Shown here one piece after another: positions 39,270-46,127 of a stretch of 47,580 nucleotides of DNA. The notes under the pieces were generated by a model, which saw only the letters and a program-made list of their open reading frames with translations, was not told the DNA's origin and did not search any database. The position numbers and the translations under genes are program-made. The stretch is from positions 1 through 47,580 of the forward strand of contig CAYHCU010000002.1 in the NCBI GenBank assembly GCA_964355035.1, in the 5' to 3' direction. Source of the stretch: an uncultured Flavobacteriales bacterium. GTDB lineage: Bacteria > Bacteroidota > Bacteroidia > AKYH767-A > 2013-40CM-41-45. Every line of letters begins with the position of its first letter. The stretch's first letter is position 1.

Positions 39270-39515
39270 ATGATTAAAATCAACTTTCAATTTGCCAATA
39301 ATGAAAAGCCAACAATAGCGGCAACGATTCAACAAAATATTCGTCAGCGAATACAGGATGAAAAATTGCATGAAACTACAGATGCAACTGTTAACTTGGA
39401 GTATACTGGAAACGGAACAATACTTATGGAAATGCCGATAAGTATTCCTATCAATTCAAATACGCGAATTATTGAAATATCATTTGAGGAAATAAAGGCA
39501 TTAATATCAAACTGA
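39270..39515 (+). CDS. Hypothetical small protein (81 aa)
   Basis: The ORF lies 6 nt upstream of the TPR gene on the same strand. I recognise no motif. Confidence 0.45.
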   Translation: MIKINFQFANNEKPTIAATIQQNIRQRIQDEKLHETTDATVNLEYTGNGTILMEMPISIPINSNTRIIEISFEEIKALISN

Positions 39516-39521
39516 CTCATT

Positions 39522-40508
39522 ATGGAGAATATTGACCAAAACAATACCGCAATAATTCCTGTTGGTTCAACGGACTTAGTTAGGGTTGGTAATACGCTTT
39601 CAATTACAAATAAAATATTAATTGGAGACATTGAGAAGGATTTTAACCTAGCCTTTTATTTATTGAATAACAGAGATCTACTATTAAATACTGACGACTA
39701 TTGCTTTAAGTTGGAAAATGATTCCCAATACAGGAAGTCAAACAAATTTAAATACATTTCTTCCAACGTCGATAATTATTCTAAGGCAATTACATTATTT
39801 AATTCAATACTTCAAACTAAACCCTATCATTGCCTTTCTTATGAAATGAGGGCAGTCGCTAAAATTAAATTAAAGAATTATTTAGGAGCAATCGAGGATT
39901 ATTCTAAGGCAATTGAAATTAATTCAAAATACGCTTTTGCTTTTAATGGTAGAGGAAACGCTAAGTTGCAATTAAAGGATTACTTAGGGGCAATCGAGGA
40001 TTATGACAAGGCAATTGAAATTGATTCAAAATACGCTTTTGCTTTTAATGGTAGAGGAAACGCTAAGTTGCAATTAAAGGATTACTTAGGGGCAATCGAG
40101 GATTATGACAAGGCAATTGAAATTGATTCAAATATTGCAACGGTGTTTAATAATCGAGGGAAGAGCAAGTATAATTTAAAAGATTACGCAGGGGCAATCG
40201 AGGATTATGACAAGGCAATTGAAATTTATCCAAATTTTGCCAATGCATTTTATTGTCGAGGCGTCGCCAAGGTTTACGTAAAGAATTACACTGGAGCAAT
40301 AGATGATTTTTCTAAGGTAATTGAAATTAGTCCTAAAAACGCCTTTGCATTTAATGCTCGAGGCATGACCAATGAACAACTAAAAAATTATGTTGGAGCA
40401 ATTGAGGATTATTCCAAGGCAATTGCAATTGATCCAAATTACATCACTGCGCGTAATTTTCGAGAAAATGCATTAAAGAAATTGGCGGATTTGACTGGCC
40501 ATGAATAA
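39522..40508 (+). CDS. TPR-repeat protein (about 7 TPRs) with a distinctive N-terminal module
   Basis: Seven 34-aa units of the form Y.GAIEDY.KAIEI.P....AF..RG.AK. N-terminal MENIDQNNTAIIPVGSTDLVRVGNTLSITNKIL is shared with the protein starting at 41954. Confidence 0.85.
   Translation: MENIDQNNTAIIPVGSTDLVRVGNTLSITNKILIGDIEKDFNLAFYLLNNRDLLLNTDDYCFKLENDSQYRKSNKFKYISSNVDNYSKAITLFNSILQTKPYHCLSYEMRAVAKIKLKNYLGAIEDYSKAIEINSKYAFAFNGRGNAKLQLKDYLGAIEDYDKAIEIDSKYAFAFNGRGNAKLQLKDYLGAIEDYDKAIEIDSNIATVFNNRGKSKYNLKDYAGAIEDYDKAIEIYPNFANAFYCRGVAKVYVKNYTGAIDDFSKVIEISPKNAFAFNARGMTNEQLKNYVGAIEDYSKAIAIDPNYITARNFRENALKKLADLTGHE
39888..40229 (+). repeat. 102-bp (one TPR unit) tandem repeats with a perfect 109-nt duplicated stretch
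   Basis: GCAATCGAGGATT recurs at 39888, 39990, 40092 and 40194. Nucleotides 39922-40030 are identical to 40024-40132. Confidence 0.9.
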
Positions 40509-40539
40509 GTGATAAAACAACATTCAACAATATTTGAAT

Positions 40540-41913
40540 ATGCAAACCGAAGCTGTTTTTGAAAATATAGCAGAACGAATACAACAAGAAATCAGTAAGG
40601 CACAAAAGTCAATATTTATTGCATTGGCGTGGTTTACTAATAAAAACCTTTACAATGAATTGTTGAAAAAAGCAAGAAATGGTTGCACTGTTTCTCTCAT
40701 TATTTCCAACGACAATATTAATCTTAATTCATTAATTGATTTTGAACAGTTGATTGCCGCCAAATCAAAAGTTTATAAAATAGGGAACGGCGAAACGGAA
40801 TTAATGCACAATAAATTTTGTGTTATCGATTATAGCACAGTCATTACAGGTTCTTATAACTGGAGTTACAAAGCAGAAAGTAATTTTGAGAATGTAATCA
40901 TTACAAATAATGATACAACACTAGCGGAACAATTTATTTCAGAATTTAATAATATTCGAAAACAATATTATCCAGATGATAAAAAAGAAGAAGTAATTTT
41001 TCCGTTAAACAAAATCATTAAACGTTTGGAAATTCTCAAAAATTACATTCTGCTTGAAGACGTTGATGAATTAGGCAAGGAAACAGCAAAACTTAAGGAA
41101 TACGAATTTAACTCTGACTTACTTGAAATAATTTATGATGTAAGGGAAGAAGAATTCGCGTCAGCAATAAATAAAATTCAAAAATTTATTTCTAAAAATC
41201 AACAACTTTCAATTTGGACTGACCCCGAAATAGCGGCACTTAAACTTGAGATTAAAAATCTTGAGAATCAACTCAATGCATATGGAAATGAAAAGATAGA
41301 GCTGGAGAAACTACTTTTGGAGTTTCATCATCGACATACAATCGAACTTGGAGAAGTTATTCTTGATATTCTGAAATTAAGAAAACGCAAATTCAAAGCT
41401 GATAAAATAAAATTTGAAGAAGCGGAAAATGATGAAAGACAATATCGTGAGCAAGTCAATAAAGAAAAAGATATAAAAATATTTGAATTAACAGATGATC
41501 AAAAAAAAGAGTTAAAAATAAAATTTCGGAAAGCAACTGTCTTGTGCCACCCGGACAAATTTACAAACGAGTCAATTGAAATTCAAAAGTTAGCAGAAGA
41601 AATATTCAAAGAATTAAACGAGGCGAATTCAAAAAATGATTTGTCTAGGGTTATCGAAATTTTAGCTAATCTTGAAAAGGGTATTCTCTCAACTAACAAA
41701 GGAGACATATTAGCAGACAAAGAAAAATTAAGAGCAACAATAAATAGATTGCGAATAAAGGTTGAAGTATTAGAAACCGAAATTATAGACATTAAGCAAA
41801 ATGACACTTTCAAAATAATTATTGAAATTCAGGACTGGGATCAATATTTTAAAAACACAAAGGAGAAACTGAAAAGGGAACTTGAAGAATTACGACTTGA
41901 AATTAAAATTTAA
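40540..41913 (+). CDS. Single-HKD phospholipase-D/Nuc-like domain fused to coiled coils and a J domain
   Basis: Complete HxK(x)4D(x)6GSxN motif (MHNKFCVIDYSTVITGSYN, nt 40807-40860). J-domain helix II, HPD and helix III (ELKIKFRKATVLCHPDKF...AEEIFKELNEA; HPD at 41548-41556). Heptad-rich linkers. ATG 40540 is preferred over TTG 40534. Confidence 0.8.
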   Translation: MQTEAVFENIAERIQQEISKAQKSIFIALAWFTNKNLYNELLKKARNGCTVSLIISNDNINLNSLIDFEQLIAAKSKVYKIGNGETELMHNKFCVIDYSTVITGSYNWSYKAESNFENVIITNNDTTLAEQFISEFNNIRKQYYPDDKKEEVIFPLNKIIKRLEILKNYILLEDVDELGKETAKLKEYEFNSDLLEIIYDVREEEFASAINKIQKFISKNQQLSIWTDPEIAALKLEIKNLENQLNAYGNEKIELEKLLLEFHHRHTIELGEVILDILKLRKRKFKADKIKFEEAENDERQYREQVNKEKDIKIFELTDDQKKELKIKFRKATVLCHPDKFTNESIEIQKLAEEIFKELNEANSKNDLSRVIEILANLEKGILSTNKGDILADKEKLRATINRLRIKVEVLETEIIDIKQNDTFKIIIEIQDWDQYFKNTKEKLKRELEELRLEIKI

Positions 41914-41953
41914 AGTTGCACTAAAAATAATTAAAACTGATAACAGGAACAAA

Positions 41954-42613
41954 TTGTCGGAAGATATAAAACAAAATTCAATAATACCCATTTGCTCATC
42001 TGACCTTGTTAGAGTAGGAAATTCCATTGCCTTAACTAATAAAATACTCAAAGAACATGATGAAAGGTTTATTGAGAAAACTTTTGAAACGATAGGTAAT
42101 CAAAAGTGGTGTATAAAAAATCTTTATGTTAGTAGGTACAGGAATGGCGATATAATACCACAAGTACAAGACGAGGTTCAGTGGGCATCATTAACAACTG
42201 GCGCTTGGTGTTATTACCAAAATGATCCGGATAATGGCTTTAACTATGGTAAGTTGTATAATTGGTTTGCAGTTGATGATGTTCGTGGACTTGCGCCTTT
42301 AGGTTTTCATATTCCAACAGATTTGGAATGGAAAATGTTCTATGATTATTTAGGCACCTTTGGAGGTGAATCATGGCGCTGGTTGATCCTTGATTTTTTA
42401 GGAAAGTACGGAAAAATTGCATTTCTTCCCGGAGGCTGCAGGGACAATAATGGGATGTTCTTCGAGCGGCTTAGCTTTGGTTACTGGTGGAGTTCTAAAG
42501 AAGTAAATATCTCGTTTGCTTGGAACCTAAGGCTCTCTTGTATAATTAACTCTGAAAACATGAACAGCAAAAATAAGCGTCATGGTTTTTCGGTTCGTTG
42601 CATCAAAGATTGA
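41954..42613 (+). CDS. FISUMP (Fibrobacter succinogenes major paralogous) domain protein with no signal peptide, carrying the N-terminal module shared with the TPR protein
   Basis: C-terminal blocks GKLYNWFAV, GFHIPTDLEW and GFSVRCIKD. I propose the TTG start at 41954, which gives MSEDIKQNSIIPICSSDLVRVGNSIALTNKIL and aligns with the N-terminus of the TPR protein. The ORF-track start at 41882 would overlap the upstream gene. Confidence 0.72.
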   Translation: MSEDIKQNSIIPICSSDLVRVGNSIALTNKILKEHDERFIEKTFETIGNQKWCIKNLYVSRYRNGDIIPQVQDEVQWASLTTGAWCYYQNDPDNGFNYGKLYNWFAVDDVRGLAPLGFHIPTDLEWKMFYDYLGTFGGESWRWLILDFLGKYGKIAFLPGGCRDNNGMFFERLSFGYWWSSKEVNISFAWNLRLSCIINSENMNSKNKRHGFSVRCIKD

Positions 42614-42781
42614 AAATTTCCTGTTTGATAATTACTAACTTCCATGTTTAAACAAGATGAGTTATGAATTCTATGGGACATGCTTTATGAAAGAGAATTT
42701 TACATGCGATTCTGTGAGAACTTGGTAGAGAAACTCGTTTTTATAATCCGATTAAAAATGCGAACAGAAAGATAAATTTTG

Positions 42782-43366
42782 ATGAAACTCATATATTCAA
42801 CATATACAGAACTTTTACTTAAATACAGTAATCGATCAGGGATTCCATATTTCGAATTACTTCTAACTAAGGAATGGGAGGGAAAAAGAAATCAAATCTT
42901 AAATAGAGATAACCAAACATGTTGCTATTGTGGGAAAAAATCTACAGAATACATTGAAGGCTTAGGTAATATTTGGATTTACATACAAGAGAGAATTGAA
43001 AGGGGGTATAGTTCCGATGGTGATGGGGTTGAGGAATTTGAATATGTTAATGAAGTTACTTACCACGAAGTTTCAGACAAACCCTATTATTTACATGTCC
43101 ATCACAAGTATTATATTTTAAGTTGTTTACCATGGGAATATTCTGATGATGCGCTTATGTCATTGTGTAGCTGGTGTCATTGGAAATTTCATGCTGAGAA
43201 TACCGTACCGGTTTTTGAAAATCAACAGAAAATTATTAATCTTAACTACCACCCTTGCCATAGATGTAATGGTGCCGGGTGGTTTCCACAATATAACCAT
43301 GTTCAAAGCGGAATTTGTTTCCGTTGTAGTGGCGAAAAATATGAGGAGTTAATTAAAGAAACATGA
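42782..43366 (+). CDS. HNH endonuclease with a C-terminal DnaJ-type CxxCxGxG zinc finger
   Basis: CCYCGKK...LHVHHKYY...LCSWCHWKFH forms the HNH beta-beta-alpha metal finger. The C-terminus reads CHRCNGAGW...GICFRCSGEKY. Confidence 0.72.
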   Translation: MKLIYSTYTELLLKYSNRSGIPYFELLLTKEWEGKRNQILNRDNQTCCYCGKKSTEYIEGLGNIWIYIQERIERGYSSDGDGVEEFEYVNEVTYHEVSDKPYYLHVHHKYYILSCLPWEYSDDALMSLCSWCHWKFHAENTVPVFENQQKIINLNYHPCHRCNGAGWFPQYNHVQSGICFRCSGEKYEELIKET

Positions 43367-43464
43367 ATTATATTCGAAAAAACCACCATCTAGAAAGCAA
43401 GGAAAATAATTTGAATCAAATTCTTTTTTAAATATTGAGCTGCGAAAAGAAAAATAATAGCATT

Positions 43465-44148
43465 ATGAATTTAGACAAACTCTTCGAATTATATGAACAA
43501 GAAGAAGAACGACGTTATCAAGAAGAACTTTCAGGACCAGAGCCGATGAGCGCATTGAAAAGGGAGAATATATATAAGTTAGCATACGACAATTTCAAAT
43601 TCGTGCTCGGAAAACATGTTTTTGGTAAAACAACTTTAACAGGAGAAAACCTTGATGCAATGCAAAAGTATGATATCTCAGTAGAAGAAGCATCAATAAT
43701 TTATATGTACACTAGTCATGGAATTTTTGACGATGTGAATAGTCAACTTAGATGCCGGCCGGAATATTTAGATGAAGATATTAAAGAGTATTGCAGATTA
43801 TTGGATGATGCATTAGAAAAAATGCCATCGCATAATAAATGTACAGTTTACAGAGACATTTCATGCTCAGAAGAGGAGTCGGCTTCAATTATAAATAATT
43901 ATCGATTAAGCATAGAGAAGGAAATAATAGAAAGTGCGTTTGTTTCAACACATATTGAAAATGAAAGATGGTCAGAAGCATCGGGGGTGCATATAATCAT
44001 TAAAACTAAAGAAAAAAGCAATGGAAAGGGTTTAATGGAGTTGAGTTTTAATGCAACTGAGGGAGAGGTGTTATTTAAAAAGGGAACGCCTTTTAAAGTA
44101 GATGGTGTCGATGTGGAAAACAATATGGTATATTTAACTGAAATATAA
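43465..44148 (+). CDS. ADP-ribosyltransferase of the R-S-E (C3/VIP2-like) class
   Basis: IIYMYTSHGIFDDVNSQLR (the Y-T...N..LR block), TVYRDIS (catalytic Arg), FVSTH (S-T motif), ATEGEVLF (ExE, nt 44059-44067). No signal peptide. Confidence 0.72.
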   Translation: MNLDKLFELYEQEEERRYQEELSGPEPMSALKRENIYKLAYDNFKFVLGKHVFGKTTLTGENLDAMQKYDISVEEASIIYMYTSHGIFDDVNSQLRCRPEYLDEDIKEYCRLLDDALEKMPSHNKCTVYRDISCSEEESASIINNYRLSIEKEIIESAFVSTHIENERWSEASGVHIIIKTKEKSNGKGLMELSFNATEGEVLFKKGTPFKVDGVDVENNMVYLTEI

Positions 44149-44494
44149 GTAGCCTAATCAAAATTTAGTGAGAATTGTTCCTTAGATTAGAATTCAAATG
44201 CGGCGGCTTTTTTGCCTCCGAATCGTGAGCGGTCACCTGTTTCAATTTCCAAAGCTTAATAAGCATTAGAAAACTTCATTTCAATCCGCCCCCATCAACC
44301 ATTATTCCATAATCCCCCAAAAAAACTAACTGCTTGAAATTTACCGTTATTAAATATGAACACCCCATGTTTTGAGCGGAGGGGTGGTACGTTGAAAACT
44401 ATTTCAGGGTTTTTTGATATCGATTTGTGTTTGCTCGTGTATCTTCGTTTTAGAGATTGAGAAAAATTATTCATCAATTAAAACCGGTAATAAA

Positions 44495-44818
44495 ATGGGA
44501 GAATTACTCAAAGCATATTGTGAAAAATGCGGATTTACTAAAAAGACTTGTTTGGGTTCAGGGGAAGCTGACTTTGACTACAACTGTAATTTCCCTGCGA
44601 TAGATTTAGAATACAATAAGTTTACGGTAGGAAATATTTTAAAGGAAGAAGAATCAAAAGGGAGATATAAATTTTATAATGATCCAACGATGTTCCTGGA
44701 AAAACCTGAAGGTAGGGTGCATAAGTGTAGAGATTATTCTTTGCAACGGGAAAATAATTATTGTCCGATATGCGAAAGATTTACAATGAAATTTGAAAGT
44801 GACGGGAATTATGACTAG
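44495..44818 (+). CDS. Small zinc-ribbon protein (107 aa)
   Basis: CEKCGF near the N-terminus and CPICERF near the C-terminus. The internal ATG at 44495 is preferred because the upstream part of the ORF is a low-complexity leader. Confidence 0.5.
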   Translation: MGELLKAYCEKCGFTKKTCLGSGEADFDYNCNFPAIDLEYNKFTVGNILKEEESKGRYKFYNDPTMFLEKPEGRVHKCRDYSLQRENNYCPICERFTMKFESDGNYD

Positions 44819-45011
44819 ACAGTGTCGATTTAATTGCCGGGAGGAAAGGGATTAGAGGGATTTAAAGGTTTAAGGTGTTTAATTATTTAAATGGTTTAAC
44901 GAGTTTAAAAAAGGTAATCGAAGAAGTTTAATTTTTATAAGCCGGAAAAGGGTCTATAAAATTATTGGATCATGAGTGACTTTTAGAAGTGTAATTATAA
45001 CAATAAATAGA

Positions 45012-45422
45012 ATGGAAAAGGAAAAAAAATATAGGTATTTAATTATTGCAGAAATTAGGAACAAGGGGTATCTCCTTAAATTTATGTCTGATTTAAAAGA
45101 AGCAGACAAATATGCCAAAGAAATATTTGAATTGTCCAATGAGTATTCAATTTATGAGCAGTATAAAATTGAAACTAAACTAACTTATTTCGCCTCCTAC
45201 CATGTAAATGGTACTGAAGTTTATATTGGAAACGGTTGTTGCGGGCAATCCAATGGAGTTTACACGGTTGGTACAATGAAAGTAGACATAAATAATTTTC
45301 GGTTAAATTCATTTATCAGAGAGCGGGAAAATCACTCAACAGTTTTTCCCCGTGAAGATCAATGGGATCAGGTTGACAAATTTTTAAAATTATTCCCATC
45401 GCCGAATTGGATTGCTAATTGA
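45012..45422 (+). CDS. Hypothetical protein (137 aa)
   Basis: ORF on the island strand. I recognise no motif. Confidence 0.45.
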   Translation: MEKEKKYRYLIIAEIRNKGYLLKFMSDLKEADKYAKEIFELSNEYSIYEQYKIETKLTYFASYHVNGTEVYIGNGCCGQSNGVYTVGTMKVDINNFRLNSFIRERENHSTVFPREDQWDQVDKFLKLFPSPNWIAN

Positions 45423-45454
45423 AAGATATTTAAATAAAACAAAAATATATTAAC

Positions 45455-46015
45455 ATGAACTTAAATTCTTTACATAAGCGCTTTCTTTTTTCAATTCTTT
45501 TTTCATTAATTTTCTCAAATATTTCCTTTGCTCAATTGAGCAATAAAAGTATTTGTACAGACAGAGACAAATTTTGTTTTCAATTATCATTCGAACAGAT
45601 AGATTTACCGGAGTTATTCGATAAACTTTACGTCATCAACAAGAATTTAATTTATCTCACGGGACTTAACGTTGCTTCAAATAAAACTTTATTTTCGGTT
45701 AGCAAATATGTTAATCAAAAAGATATAAGTTTTGATAGCGCTTTTTCAATGACCGTCAATTATGTGCCCAAAGTAGGAAGCTTTAATAATAGCGACTATC
45801 ATCTATTGGATTTTGGAAAATATAAAGTTAATGGAAAAGAATTACGGTATAAAATTTCGAATCCATTAGAAAATGAAATATCCATCATGTACTATTTTAT
45901 GAAAGGCAATTCATCTAAAGAGATGTACGAAATAAAAGCAACTTGTAATAGAGAAACGCAAAAGCAATGCAAACAGTTTATGGAAAATGTTGCGCTCTCG
46001 GTTGTACTGCATTGA
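45455..46015 (+). CDS. Hypothetical secreted protein
   Basis: Clear signal peptide (FLFSILFSLIFSNISFAQ). I recognise no motif. Confidence 0.55.
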   Translation: MNLNSLHKRFLFSILFSLIFSNISFAQLSNKSICTDRDKFCFQLSFEQIDLPELFDKLYVINKNLIYLTGLNVASNKTLFSVSKYVNQKDISFDSAFSMTVNYVPKVGSFNNSDYHLLDFGKYKVNGKELRYKISNPLENEISIMYYFMKGNSSKEMYEIKATCNRETQKQCKQFMENVALSVVLH

Positions 46016-46087
46016 AGCACCTTTACAGTTTGCATCTCATTGTATTCTAAAAATGTCAGCGTTAAAAAGAAACAAGGGAAATTGAAT

Positions 46088-46127
46088 AAAAACTTTGCAC
46101 GGCCCTTAAGGGCCGTGCAAAGTTTTT
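46088..46127. repeat. REP-type palindrome (copy 4) between convergent genes
   Basis: AAAAACTTTGCACGGCCCTTAAGGGCCGTGCAAAGTTTTT is a perfect 40-nt palindrome. Its core is identical to the core of the 30611-30662 copy. Confidence 0.85.

Noticed and set aside
41882-41953. The ORF-track start (TTG 41882) for the FISUMP gene overlaps the end of the PLD-J gene.
   Set aside because: The extra 24 residues are Lys-rich low complexity read from the overlapping frame. TTG 41954 gives an N-terminus that aligns with the N-terminus of the TPR protein. The start is not experimentally settled.
44149-44494. A 346-bp spacer after the ADP-ribosyltransferase gene might hold a terminator, an ncRNA or an immunity ORF.
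   Set aside because: Only weak 4-6-bp stems (for example CACCCC...GGGGTG) are present, with no T-run. The overlapping 60-aa - strand ORF (44295-44477) carries no motif I recognise, so I cannot support any feature here.
33151-46030. The accessory island might be a tRNA-Ser-integrated genomic island.
   Set aside because: The island starts about 3.4 kb downstream of the tRNA, and core-like genes (phnA and a T9SS cargo gene) lie in between. No integrase is present, and I found no direct repeat of the tRNA 3' end at either island edge by eye.
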